A stretch of DNA of 64,000 nucleotides from the IMG/VR virus record IMGVR_UViG_3300031159_000072, positions 1 to 64,000 of that record; one strand, written 5' to 3'. The DNA is from a virus. The stretch's first letter is position 1. Each line of letters opens with the position of its first letter. Of the stretch, positions 36,619 to 48,100 are shown one piece after another. The notes under the pieces were generated by a model. It worked only from the letters and a program-made list of their open reading frames with translations, made no database searches and had not been told where the DNA came from. The position numbers were made by a program, and so were the translations under genes.

Positions 36619-38156
36619 TGGCCCGTCTTCGTCAGCAACACCCCCAGAACTACATCAGCTCGGGGAACATCAACACCGAGTTCGAGAGCGTCATCCGCTA
36701 TCTCAACGCAGCCGAGATCGGTAACAAGACGATCGCCGAACTTCTCAAGATCCTGTTCGATGAGAACGGCGAGTTCGCCGGCCCCGTCGAGCTTCGCCTC
36801 GACGCGGCCAATGGGCTCCAGTACCGCGTCGGTACCTACGATACGGAAGACAAGGGCTGGATAACCATTGCCTCGCTCGCCGAGATCCGCGGCCCGGCCG
36901 GCCAGAACCTCGGCGCGATCGAGGGGCCGCTCTTCTTCAACCGCCGGGACATCGTCGCGACGGAAGGCCAGACGGTCGTTCCCTACGCCTTCGACGAGTC
37001 CACGCAGACCGTCGTCGTCTACGTGAATGGCGTCCTCCAGCGGGAGGCGGCCTACACGGCCGACGCCCTCAACGGCGAGATCGTCATGGCCGAGCCGCTG
37101 AGCGACGGTCAGATCGTCACCGTCTACTCGGTCCGCACCCAGTCGGTCTCCAACTTCCGGCGCTCCGACCAAGAGGCCACGGTCAACCAAGCGGTCTTCG
37201 CCTTCGCCCACACCCCGGACGATCGGCTCCTCGTCTTCCGCAACGGCATTCTCCAGCGAGAGGGCGGCGCCAACGACTACACGGCCAACCCGGACACCGA
37301 CACCATCACCTTCGTCACGCCGCTGTCGCCGGGCGACGTCGTCACGATCATAACGGCCGAGAACCTGGCGCTCCGGCGCGTGGCCGGCCTCATGCTCGAG
37401 GAACAGTACACCGACGGCAACGGCCTGATCGACTGGTCCAAGATCGCCGTGGACGACGGCGAGATCCCGCAGGCCAAGGTCGCCGACCTGGTGGCCGCGC
37501 TCGCCTCCAAGGCCAAGATCACCGTCTCCGCGACAACGCCAATCGACGGCGCTCAGGGCGACCTGTGGCTCGACGTCTCGCAGTCGCCAATCTCGCTCAA
37601 GTACTTCGACGGGTCCGTCTGGCGCCTCACCTCGCCGGAAAGCACGCTGCCCTCGTTCGGCGAGTCGAACGCCAACCAGTACGTCCGCGTCAACGGCACC
37701 GGCACGGCGCTCGAACTTGGCAACATCGACTTCTCGGCACTGGTCCCGAAGACCTTCATGGGCGCGGCCAACGGCGTTGCCTCGCTCGACAGCTCCGGCC
37801 GCCTGCCCGTCACCCAGCTTCCAGACATCTTCAGCTCCGACACCATCAACGTCCAACAGACGGGGTCGGTCACGAACGGGACGATTCTGGCCAAGCGCAT
37901 CTACAAGCAGAGAATCCGTCTGGACGGCATCACCCGCAAGCTCGGCGCTGGGACCTGCACGGTCCAGGTTTCCGTCGATGGCGTCGCCCTCGGCTCGGAA
38001 TACGCCGTCACCACGACCCCGCAGGACAGCGACTTCGGCGCGGTTATTGAGATCGACGGTACGACCGTCTCGAAGCGCCTCGAAATCGTCATCACCAACG
38101 CTTCGAGCGCGTCCGATCTGGAGATCGGCCTCGCCGCGGCGAACCTGAGCGTCTGA
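36618..38156 (+). CDS. structural or tail protein (512 aa)
   Basis: ATGA-coupled; Thr/Ser/Gly-rich β-type C-terminal half. Confidence 0.5.
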   Translation: MARLRQQHPQNYISSGNINTEFESVIRYLNAAEIGNKTIAELLKILFDENGEFAGPVELRLDAANGLQYRVGTYDTEDKGWITIASLAEIRGPAGQNLGAIEGPLFFNRRDIVATEGQTVVPYAFDESTQTVVVYVNGVLQREAAYTADALNGEIVMAEPLSDGQIVTVYSVRTQSVSNFRRSDQEATVNQAVFAFAHTPDDRLLVFRNGILQREGGANDYTANPDTDTITFVTPLSPGDVVTIITAENLALRRVAGLMLEEQYTDGNGLIDWSKIAVDDGEIPQAKVADLVAALASKAKITVSATTPIDGAQGDLWLDVSQSPISLKYFDGSVWRLTSPESTLPSFGESNANQYVRVNGTGTALELGNIDFSALVPKTFMGAANGVASLDSSGRLPVTQLPDIFSSDTINVQQTGSVTNGTILAKRIYKQRIRLDGITRKLGAGTCTVQVSVDGVALGSEYAVTTTPQDSDFGAVIEIDGTTVSKRLEIVITNASSASDLEIGLAAANLSV

Positions 38157-38158
38157 CC

Positions 38159-39046
38159 ATGTGGGTGCTTCCGCCCGACATGACCGTCGCCGAGGTGGCC
38201 CGTCTGGGCCGCGACGGCGACACCGAGCTGGTCCACATCAACAAGTGGGAAAGAGCCATTCTCGAGGCCCTCGGTGGGCGCGGCTCGATCAACCCCGCCA
38301 CCGGCCTGCGCGAATACCCGCCGTCTGGCAACAAGGGCAATCAGGATTCCAAGACCGGCGGCTACGGCGGCGGCGGTGGCTTTGGTGGTGGCGGCGGAGG
38401 TGGCCTTGGTGGCGGCGGCGGCGGTGGCTACTCCGGCCCGAAGGGCACGGTGTCTGGCGGTCTCAACGCCGCGGCAAGGGCGGCGGCGTCCAAGAAGGCC
38501 GGCCCCTCCGACAAGACGCGCGATCCGGCCATTCATGGCGGGAGCACAAGCGGCGCCAGTGTCGGTGAAGTCGCCAGTGGGTTCGGGCAAGGGTTCACGA
38601 AGGGAAGCATTCTCGGCAGCGCCGTCGCCGGCATACCCGGAGCAATCGCCGGCGGCCTCATCGGCGGCTTTGCCGGCGCCGTCGATGCCATTGGCGGGCA
38701 AGGCGGCCTGGCCGGGAGCAATCGCGGTCTCGGCGATCCCGGCTCGCACGACAACCATCCTGGCTTTGGAGGCGGCTACGTTCAGCCCGAGCCGGAGCCT
38801 GAGCCGGAGCCGGAACCCGAGCCGGACCCAGAGCCGGAGCCCGAGCCTGAGCCCGAACCGGAGCCTGAGCCGGAGCTTCCGATTGTCGGCGTGCCCACGC
38901 AACCGCCACTCCCACCGGCCGGCGTTTCGTACCTGTTGCCCATCCAGGACCGTCTGACGGGCGGGCTGGACTATCTGTCTCTCAGCCCCTTCAGCTCGCT
39001 CCTATTCAACCGGCGCGCCGGTTGGGGCGCCATAATCGAGGTGTAA
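38159..39046 (+). CDS. Gly-rich virion protein with an (Glu-Pro)n repeat
   Basis: GGYGGGGGFGGGGGGGLGGGGGGGY...; EPEPEPEPEPEPDPEPEPEPEPEPEPEPE encoded by a (GAGCCN)n hexamer repeat at 38786-38876. Confidence 0.55.
   Translation: MWVLPPDMTVAEVARLGRDGDTELVHINKWERAILEALGGRGSINPATGLREYPPSGNKGNQDSKTGGYGGGGGFGGGGGGGLGGGGGGGYSGPKGTVSGGLNAAARAAASKKAGPSDKTRDPAIHGGSTSGASVGEVASGFGQGFTKGSILGSAVAGIPGAIAGGLIGGFAGAVDAIGGQGGLAGSNRGLGDPGSHDNHPGFGGGYVQPEPEPEPEPEPEPDPEPEPEPEPEPEPEPELPIVGVPTQPPLPPAGVSYLLPIQDRLTGGLDYLSLSPFSSLLFNRRAGWGAIIEV
38786..38876 (+). repeat. tandem hexanucleotide repeat (GAGCCN) x ~15 encoding (EP)n
   Basis: Direct read. Confidence 0.8.
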
Positions 39047-39047
39047 A

Positions 39048-39920
39048 ATGGGGTGGGGTGATTTTCTCGGTGGCATCGCCGACGACCTCTTCGACCTCGG
39101 CGGCGTCGGCAGCACGATCGGCAGCGGCATCGACATCATCGGCGGCATCGGCAGCGCGAAGAAGAAATCCAAGCAGGCGCAGAAACTCGCCGACCTCCAG
39201 ACGGACATCATCGAGCGCCAGCTCCAGCTCGCCGAGCAACAGTTCGCGCAGGACACCGCCGTGCGTGAGCGCATTCTTTCGCAGACGGATGCGCTGCGGG
39301 AAGCCTTGTCCGGCGCTCTTGAACGCATGGGTGAGATCGACCCGGACGCCTTCCGCGCCGACGTCGACCGCGAGGCGCTGCGCCGCTACTCCCAGTATCA
39401 AGACGACGTCGGCCGGGCGATCACGCTTGCCGGCTCGATCGGCGTGGCCGACCGCATGGACCGCGGCCTCGATCTCTCGACCTACGACGCCGACCAGCGC
39501 GCCGCCCTGGCCGAGGCCGGCGCAAGAGCGCTTCAGGACGCCTACACGCGCGCCTATGACGAGTCGCTCGCCTACATGACCGGCCTTCAGGACCAGATCT
39601 TGCAGAACCGCGCCAGCGCCTTGGACGAGATCGCCCTGGCCCTCGGGGCCACGCTCCCGTTCGAGACCAATCTCTACGGCGCCGGCCGCATCGGCGCCGG
39701 CCTTCTCCACAGTGGTCTCGGCGGCGCGCAGAGCCTGTATGGCATCGCCAACCAGAACGCGGCCGACGCCTACGAGAGCCTTGGTGACATGATCGAGGAG
39801 TTTCGTGAGAAATACCTGCCGAGCCTGAGCAACCTGCTCGGCGACGACGATGACGACAAGGCCAAGACGCCGTCGCTCAAGAACACCGGCCCCGGCGGTC
39901 TCGTCGGAGGCGGCGTCTGA
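39048..39920 (+). CDS. internal virion protein candidate (290 aa)
   Basis: Gly-rich N-terminus, helical centre, acidic DDDDDK C-terminus; position before the giant protein. Confidence 0.45.
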   Translation: MGWGDFLGGIADDLFDLGGVGSTIGSGIDIIGGIGSAKKKSKQAQKLADLQTDIIERQLQLAEQQFAQDTAVRERILSQTDALREALSGALERMGEIDPDAFRADVDREALRRYSQYQDDVGRAITLAGSIGVADRMDRGLDLSTYDADQRAALAEAGARALQDAYTRAYDESLAYMTGLQDQILQNRASALDEIALALGATLPFETNLYGAGRIGAGLLHSGLGGAQSLYGIANQNAADAYESLGDMIEEFREKYLPSLSNLLGDDDDDKAKTPSLKNTGPGGLVGGGV

Positions 39921-41716
39921 TGGCGATCTACGACTACCTCGGCGCCTTCCGCAGAGGGCAGCTCGCCGCGCGCGAGCGCCATGAGGCCAAGCGCGCGAAG
40001 GTCGCGGCTATGTTCGATGAGTTCCGCCAGGCGGCGCTCCAGGAGGGCCGATCGGTCTCGCCCCAAGAGTTTCACAGCTTCATTGACCAGATCACCGGCG
40101 GCGAGCAGTACCTGCGCCGCTACCTGCCGACCGACCAAATCATCGCCGGCATGTCCCGCGCGACGCAGGAGCGCGCCCGCCAGCTCCGGGAGGAGCGCGC
40201 GTTCACCGCCTTCCAGCGCAAGCAGACGATCCAGCAGACGTTCCAGAACGCCGTCGACTCGATGCTTCTCAGCGAGCCGGACGACCGCAAGATCATCCAG
40301 CGCCTGCGCGAGCAGTACGACGACCCCGCCCTTCGGGAAACGCTCGGCGAGTACATTGCCGGCCTCGGCCCAGACGGGCTGAAGCAGCGCCGCGCGCGCC
40401 TGGCCCACGACCGCGCCGCGGAGTGGATGAACAAGCTCCCACAGGAGCTGACGGCCGATCAGGTCGAGGTCTTCATGGTCGGCGAGCACCCGACGGTCGT
40501 GCAGGCCACGAAGGCGCTCGCCGCCGCCCGCGACCGGGAGCGCTACGAGGCCAAGCGCCGGGAGGCGCTCATGGCCGTCGTCAACCAGCTCCAGGACCCG
40601 TTTGTCATCAAGGCGTATGGCGACGGCAACCTGGCCAAGGTCAAGTCCGCCCTCAACGTCTACACCGCGCCGTTCGGCGTCCAGGTCGACGACGCCCTGC
40701 TCGGCCAGATCAAGCCGATGCTCGACATGAAGCTGGCTCAGATCCGCGAGGATGAGCGCATCGCCGGTGTCAACGCCTTCATGGCCGACGTCCAGAACGA
40801 CCCGGTCCTGCTCTCGGTCATCTCGAAGGCCGGCGTGACCTCCGAGGAGGCGCAGCGCGGCATGCAGTTCTACGCCAACAAGCACAACATCGCGCTGACC
40901 GACGACATCTATCGCCAAGTCATCGAGCGCGCCGAGCAGTTCGAGAACGCCGCCGAGCAGCAGCGCGTCATCGAGCTGCGCAACCTCGCTCTCAAGACGG
41001 CGACGGAGCAGGTCGACGCGCTCCTCACGCAGAACACCAACAGCCTGGCCGCCATCGCCAGCCAGTACGACAAGAACTCGCCCGAGTACGCGGCGCTCAA
41101 CCTGCTTTCGCAGTCGCACTACGTCACGAACCTCGCGCCGATCCCGGCCATCCTGGACCAGACGGGCAGCAGCGACCCGGTGGCCATCATGAACGAGATC
41201 GTCGCTGCCCTCGGAGACGCGGCGATCCCCAAAGCCGAGTTCCGCCAGGCCGCCATCAACCAGCGCGCCAGCGCCATGGCAGGCCCGCCGATGGAGCCGT
41301 TCCGGAACTTCCAGGCGCGCCAGACAGCCGTCCTGGAGAACGCGGTCAACAATTGGCAGCGCGTCGCGGCCCAGGCCACGACGCAGGAAGAGTTCTACGC
41401 GATCATCCAGATTTACCTGGACCAGATCGACGCCGCGCTCCTGGCCGCCCAGGAAGCGGCGCTCTACGAGTCGCGCTACATGGGCTACGACCACGCCGCG
41501 AACCAGCGCACGGCGAACGCCCTCAAGGAGCTGCGCGACGCGCTCGAAGCGGCCCAGCCCCCGGCCGACCTCCCGACCGCCGAGGAGCTGGCCAAGCAGC
41601 AGGCGGCGGCGCGCAACGCCGCCGCGGCGGCTGCGGCTGCGGCTCAGGTCCCGGACGTCACGCGCGAGCGCATGCAAGCGGTCATGCCGCCGGTCCCCGG
41701 CTTGGTCAGTCCCTGA
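39920..41716 (+). CDS. internal virion/ejection protein candidate (598 aa)
   Basis: Highly α-helical, Ala/Gln/Arg-rich; ATGA-coupled. Confidence 0.45.
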   Translation: MAIYDYLGAFRRGQLAARERHEAKRAKVAAMFDEFRQAALQEGRSVSPQEFHSFIDQITGGEQYLRRYLPTDQIIAGMSRATQERARQLREERAFTAFQRKQTIQQTFQNAVDSMLLSEPDDRKIIQRLREQYDDPALRETLGEYIAGLGPDGLKQRRARLAHDRAAEWMNKLPQELTADQVEVFMVGEHPTVVQATKALAAARDRERYEAKRREALMAVVNQLQDPFVIKAYGDGNLAKVKSALNVYTAPFGVQVDDALLGQIKPMLDMKLAQIREDERIAGVNAFMADVQNDPVLLSVISKAGVTSEEAQRGMQFYANKHNIALTDDIYRQVIERAEQFENAAEQQRVIELRNLALKTATEQVDALLTQNTNSLAAIASQYDKNSPEYAALNLLSQSHYVTNLAPIPAILDQTGSSDPVAIMNEIVAALGDAAIPKAEFRQAAINQRASAMAGPPMEPFRNFQARQTAVLENAVNNWQRVAAQATTQEEFYAIIQIYLDQIDAALLAAQEAALYESRYMGYDHAANQRTANALKELRDALEAAQPPADLPTAEELAKQQAAARNAAAAAAAAAQVPDVTRERMQAVMPPVPGLVSP

Positions 41717-42062
41717 TGCGCTCGAACTCGTAGTCGGTGCCGGGCTTGGGCCTCCAGCCCAGCTCGTACATGCACATTCGCTTGAGCTTCCGAACCTCGA
41801 TCATGCGCGCGCTCATGCCGAGCGTGCCCGTTGCGCCGCCGCAACCGCTCGGGCGCGCCTCGAACTGATGGGCGTAGCCGTCGCCCCACATGCTGGAAGA
41901 GCGCCCCGTGATCCTCGTGCCGCGACACGCCTCCTTCCGCTGGTCCAAGTACAACTCGACCCTGTCCGAGCAATAGTCGAGATCATCGCTCCACGGATAG
42001 GTGCCGGCCGCGGCCTGGCCCGCCACGAGCAGGAGCGTTGCCAGAATAACCATAATCCGCAT
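41706..42062 (-). CDS. secreted small protein, reverse-oriented moron (118 aa)
   Basis: Signal peptide MRIMVILATLLLVAGQAAAG; 6 Cys; opposite strand inside the structural operon. Confidence 0.55.
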   Translation of the reverse strand: MRIMVILATLLLVAGQAAAGTYPWSDDLDYCSDRVELYLDQRKEACRGTRITGRSSSMWGDGYAHQFEARPSGCGGATGTLGMSARMIEVRKLKRMCMYELGWRPKPGTDYEFERIRD

Positions 42063-42164
42063 TATCGGCTCCTTTCGGATCAAGGCCGCCAATACTGAGC
42101 CCGCCCAGAAGCTTCTTCAAGACCCAGCGAGAAGGACGACCGCTACCCCGCCGCCCCGCTAAGC

Positions 42165-45100
42165 ATGGGCCATTCACCCTTTCATGTGGATGGACATGCC
42201 CACATGGCCGTTCTGAGCACGGCGCCGCTGACGCCCGAACAGGTCCTCGCCCTCGCCCGGCAGCGCGCCCAGGCCCTTGCCGCCGGCGACTACACCGCCG
42301 TCATCAACCCCCGCACGATCACCAAGGACCCGCGCTTCCTCGCGGACCTGCGCCTGTTCTACCGCGAACGCGACGGCCAGGAGTTCGCCACCGACGAGGA
42401 GCTGCTTGACTACTTCTTCGAGGACCGCAACTGGCGGAATCTGAACACCGTCAGCATCGCCCGCGATGTCGCCGACGCCTACGGCATGTCCGAGGATCAG
42501 CGCGCCCGGATGCGCCGCATCCAGTCGGTCTTCGACGCGCTCCCCTCGTTCTGGCGTGAGGGCGGCCGCGGCGTCGCGGCTCTCCCGGACATCGCCGGGG
42601 CCGTCCTCGCCGACCCGCTCAACCTCATCCCCGGCACGGCCGGCGCGAAGGTCGGCATCCAGGCCGCCAGGGCCGGCGCGCCGGTGGCCAGCGCCGCACT
42701 CCGCGGCGGGGCCAGAGCCGCCCTACTCGAAGGCGCCGCGTCCGGCGCGATCGAAGCCGGCGCAGACATCGGGCTCCAGGCGCGCGACATCCAGATCGGT
42801 CTGCAAGACGAGTTCAGCCCCGGCCAGACGGCCGCCTCCGCGGCGTCTGGCGCGCTCCTCACCGCCCCCATCTCCGGCGCGATCGGTGCCGGCTCCGCGA
42901 TCGCCGGCTTCCGCCGGGAGGCCGCACGTCTCGGTCAGCAGGCGGCCGAAGAAGCCGCGGCCCAGGAACGGGCGGCCAACGCACCCATCCAGGCGGCGCA
43001 GGCGCGCGGCCTGCTCATGCCGCTGCCCGAGGCCACCGACCCGCAGGCGGCCGCCCGCGAAGCTCAGCTCCGCGCCATGGAGCGCCCGGCCGGCCCGTCG
43101 CCCAACATCCAGCAGCGTCTGCGCGACGTCGAGGACATCATCCGCCAGGCGCTGGCCGACGGAAATCCGCAGCCCGAGGAGCTGGCCACCCTCCAGCGGG
43201 AGCACGCCCTGCTCCTCCGCATGGCCAACTTCGAGCGAACCAAGCCGGCCCGCGTCGCCGAGATCGAGCAGCTCACCGAGCAGGGCAAGTACGAAGAAGC
43301 CTCCAAGAAGCGCATCGCCCTCATGCAGGACGAGGCGCTGTTCGCGCGGCTGTCCGCCGATCCCCAGCAGCTCGACTTCCTCGACGAGCTGGCCGCGCCC
43401 CAGGAACCGACGGCAACCGCCGCCGCGCCGGCGCCAGACGCTCCGCCGACGTCTGGCGCGCCAGAACAGCAGCCGGCAACTGTACAGTCTGAACAAAGCG
43501 CACAAAGCGCTGCACAAGCCGCGCAAAGCCCAGAACAAACACTCGATGACGACGCCATTGTCGAGCAACTCATTTCGCTTCTCGAGATGCTCGGCCCGCA
43601 GGGTGCGCGTCGTGAAGTCTTCGAGGCGGCCGTAGACGCCGACCCTGCGCTCGCGCCGGCGCGCGAGCGCCTGCTCCAGACCTATGACTCGCTGATGGAG
43701 CAGTACGCCGACAGCGCGTCCGCGGCCCTGACTCCGCAGCAGCAGCAGTTCGTTGAGAACGAGGTCGCCCTCTACCGCCTGAAGCTGGCCAAGGAGGAGC
43801 CCGACCTCACGCCGGTGCAGGTCGAGGCGCGGGTGGCCACGCTGCGCCTCATGATTACCCGCCGCCTGCTCCAGGGCGCGGCACCCGAACAGGCCGTCCC
43901 GTCGCCCGCGGAGCGCGGCCCGACGCCGTCTCGCCTGGGCAAGCCCGACTTCAACATCGTCAAGCCGGATCGCCTGCCGTCCTGGATGCGCAAAGGCGAC
44001 TTCATCGGCCGCGCCCCGTCCGTGGGCCAGTTCTCGATGGAGGCGGCCCGTGCGCGCGCCAGGGAGATGGCCGGCGCTCGCGGCAACGTGAGGGATGTCG
44101 CGCCGTTCCGGTTCGTCTGGGACGGCAAGGCCACGCGCACCGCCGACGGCCAGCGCATCAAGAGCGGCGACGAGGTCTTCTACGACCCGCGAACCGACAA
44201 GCTCTGGGCCAAGGACACCAACATCCCCGGCCAGGAGAAGAAGCCCGCAGCGCGTCCTGAGCAGCCGGCCCCGGAAGAAGCCACTCCCGCCGATCCCGGC
44301 GCCGCGGCCGTCCGGGCCGCCGCCGAGGAACTCGCGCGCACCGGCGACATGGCCGCCTTCCGTGCCCGCCTTGCAGAGATCTTGGGCGAGGGCAAGGTCG
44401 CGTCTCCAGAAACGTCCAAAGCACGTCCAGATACGTCCAAAGTACGTCCAGATGCGGGCGCAGGTGGGACACAGCAGGGCACGTCTGGCGAGCCCCAGAC
44501 GTCTGGCGAGAATAGAATAGGTTCCGATTCCGAACCTAATCTATTCATCCCGGAGGGCCGGGTCCTCGCCGTTCAGCGCCGGTCCAATCCGAACGACATC
44601 CGCGTCGCCAGCCCGAACCAGGTCGCTTCCGGCGCCGGACCGGAGGCGCTCATCGGCCGCGGCAACCCGGACGACTGGGTCGTCGGCCACGTTCCCGCCG
44701 GCTCGCGCAGCGGCAAGGTCGCGCCCGACGCCTTCACGCCGGCCGACGCCACCGCGGCCAGGGTGCCCGAGCGCGCGCCCGAGCCGACCGCCGAGGGCAA
44801 GCTGCCGCCCGACTGGACGGAGCTAGCCAACATCAAGGTTCCGTGGGGCGGCGGCGAGATCACGGCGCAAGAGCTGCTCAGGAACGTGCGCGCCATGGAA
44901 AACGCGCCGTGGCCGCGCACCACCCTTGGCGTCCTCGATACCATCCAATACCTGCGCGACGCCTACCGGGTGCTGCCGGACTTCCGCCAGCCGGTCGCCT
45001 CTCGAGAAGAGGCCGTCCAGCAGATCACGAAGATCTTCGAGGACCGCGATCCGGCCACGATCGTCGCGGCCCGCGACTTCATCCGCCGTCTGGGCGGTGA

Positions 45101-48100
45101 TCCGAACGTCGCGCCGATCATCGACACCGACGTCGTGCCGAACGCCTTCGGCAGCTTCACGCACCTGCCCACGAACCCCGATCGGTTCAACCGGGTCCAT
45201 ATCGGCGTCCTCCCCGAGAACGACCCGACCCGCTACAAGCCGGAGATATCGACCTTCTATCACGAGGTCGCGCACTGGGCTTACCACAACATCCTGACCC
45301 CGACGGACCGTCTGGCGTTCTGGGAGAGCATCCTCGAACAGTACAAGGCGGGTGGTCCCAAGGACCTCAGAGGTCTTCCGAGAAGCGTCAGCCGGCGCGT
45401 CGCGCGCAACCTGCCGCACGTTGAGGGCAACGCGCTCGAAAGCCCGCAGGAGTACTTCGCCAACCAGTTCGAGCAGTGGATGGCGTCCGGCGGCCGCACG
45501 CCCGGCAACCAGACGCTGTGGCGCCGCGTCGCCGAGATCATCGAGAACCTCATCCGCCGGTTCTTCGACAAGGGCCTGATCGACCCGGCGCTTGAGCCGC
45601 TGTTCGCCAAGATCCTGCCCGACGACGTCGCGCGGGCGCGCGTCGAGACGCCGACCGTCGAACCGAAGACGCAGGCCGGTCGCGACATCCGCGCCGCCAT
45701 GGGCACGGCCGACCAAGAGCGCATCGACCTGGAGCGCCGGCTCAACACGCTCGATCCGCAGCCGATGGCCGCCGCCATCTTCAACGCGAGCCGCGGCTTG
45801 GCGCGCCTCATGTCGTCCGAGACGCTCCCCATCGACGTCCGGGAGCGATTCCAGGAGCGCGTCGGGGCCATCCACGAGAAGATGAACGAGGCCGCCGGGC
45901 GGTCGCTCTCGTCCGACGAGCAGGTCCTCGCCCTCGCCAACATCGGCAACGACATCGTCGACCTGCACCACGACCTCCAGCGCGAGCTGGCAGCGGCCTT
46001 CAAGGCGGCCGAGGGCGGCGAGCCGCGCCTGCCGGGCAACCCGCACGAGGCCAAGCGCGAGCCGCAGACGCCGCTCGGCCGCGTGGCGCTGCGCAACCTG
46101 GCGCTGATCGAAGACGCCCGTGCCGCCATGCAGCAGGCGCTGCTGACCGAGAGCGCCTCGATTCCCGACGTCATGCGCGACACGGCCAAGCAGCTCCAGA
46201 GCGTGGCCACGCTCGGCTCCATGCGCCGGCTGCGCGGCCAGTTCAACGAGCTGGCGCGCCAGATCTACGCGCTCACCGGCAGCGACGGCACCGACCCCGA
46301 CTTCCCCGGCGTCACGACCAGCCTGTCGGACGACACCGTCTCGCAGCTCTTCAACCTGGCGGCCGAGGTCGACGACGCCTTCAACCGCGCCTCCGACACG
46401 CTCAAGCGCGTCTTCAAGCGCGTCGAGAAGTACGACCCGGACACCGGCCGCGCCTGGCGGCGCAGCGCGCTCGGCGCCAAGTACGCGGCCCGCGCCAAGA
46501 TCCGCAAGCAAATCGCCAAGCGGGCCGAGCGCCAGCAGGCCCAGACGAACGCCGCCGTCAACAAGGTCGTGACCACGCCGAAGGCCAGGCGCCAGACGGC
46601 ACCGACGCCCGCCGAAGAACAGGCCGGCGCGCCCAGCCTGCTCAAGATGTCCGACGAGGACCTCACCGCGGAGCTGAACCGGGTCGGTATCGGCACCGCG
46701 CGTGGCCAGCAGATCGCCTTCGAGATCGCCCGCCGTGCCGCGGCCAAGCCCGTCGAAGTCGACCCAAACACCAGGGTCCCGCTCGACATCTTCCGCATGC
46801 GCGGCGCCGAGCTGCGGGCCGCCCTCGACGAAGCGCTCCAGGCCGGCGACCGCGAGCGCGTCACCCAGATCCGCGCCGAGATCCAGCGCCGCGCCGACAA
46901 GCGCGCCATGCGCCCGCGCAACAGCGCGGTTCAGCGCGCCATCGCCCGCGAAGTCGAGGCCAACGCCGGCGTTCCGACCGACGACGGTATCCCCTTCTAC
47001 GCCGACGAGCACGCGAAGGAGATCCTGCGCCGGATCACCCATCGCGACCCGCAGGCCCAGTACGCGGCGCGCGTCATGACCTACCGCATGCTGAACCTGC
47101 TCGGCCGGACGGCACGTGAGGGCCTGGCCCAGACGAACATCATGTCCGTTGGCGACCTCTACCGCCTGGCCGGCAGCCCGCTGCCGGAGGGCGTCGACCC
47201 GGAGGGCGCCTTCTTCGACTTCTCGGACCCCGCCTTCGCGAAGCTGCGCGCCGACCTGCGCCGCATGGCCATCGGCCTCAAGGAGGGCCAGGCCACGCCG
47301 ATGACCGTGATGCACGAGATCGGCCACATGGTGCTGCGCACCAACCTCTTCAGCCCGGAGGAGCGCGCGTCCATCGTCGAGGCGTTCCAGAAGGCCGACG
47401 ACGAGGTGGCGCAGGCCATCCGCAACAACCCCGCCTACGGCGAAGAGCCCCTGGAGACCAGGGCCGAGGAGTGGTTCGTCGAGCGCTGGGCGAACTACGC
47501 GGCCGAGCGCGTGGCCAAGGGCGACGTCTGGCGCGCCCGCCTGGAGGGTCCGGACGCCGAGGCCAACCTCCGCCTCAAGAGCCGTCTGGAGGTCATCCTC
47601 GACCGCCTCGTCGAGGCGGTGGCCTACGTCGTCAACGGCCTGATCGGCCGCAACGACATCAAGCAGATGTTCCGCCGCATGACCTTCTACGGGGACATGC
47701 TCGGCGGCAGCCGCGTTGAGGGCGCCACGCAGGTCGCCCTGCCGCCCGAGCTGGCGCGCGCCTACTCCGAGAAGGCCATGAGGGCCGCGGGCATGTCGCG
47801 CAAGCAGCGCATGGAGGCGTTCGTCGCCAACGGCGTCGGCCGCGGCCCGAACGGCGAGGTCCGCATCTTCTTCCACGGCACGCCGAGCGGCGCCGCCTTC
47901 AACCGCCGCCGCAACCCGGACGTGGTCCTGGAGCCGTCGAGCAACGGCCTATGGGGTCCCGGCGTCTACGCGACCGACAACGAGGCCGTCGCCACCGAGG
48001 TCTACGCCGCCGACGCCACGCCCACCGCGGTCCGCCGCATGGCCGAGGAGAAGGGACTCGACCCCGAGGCCGTCCGCTTCGTCGAGGAGTCGGCCGAGAT

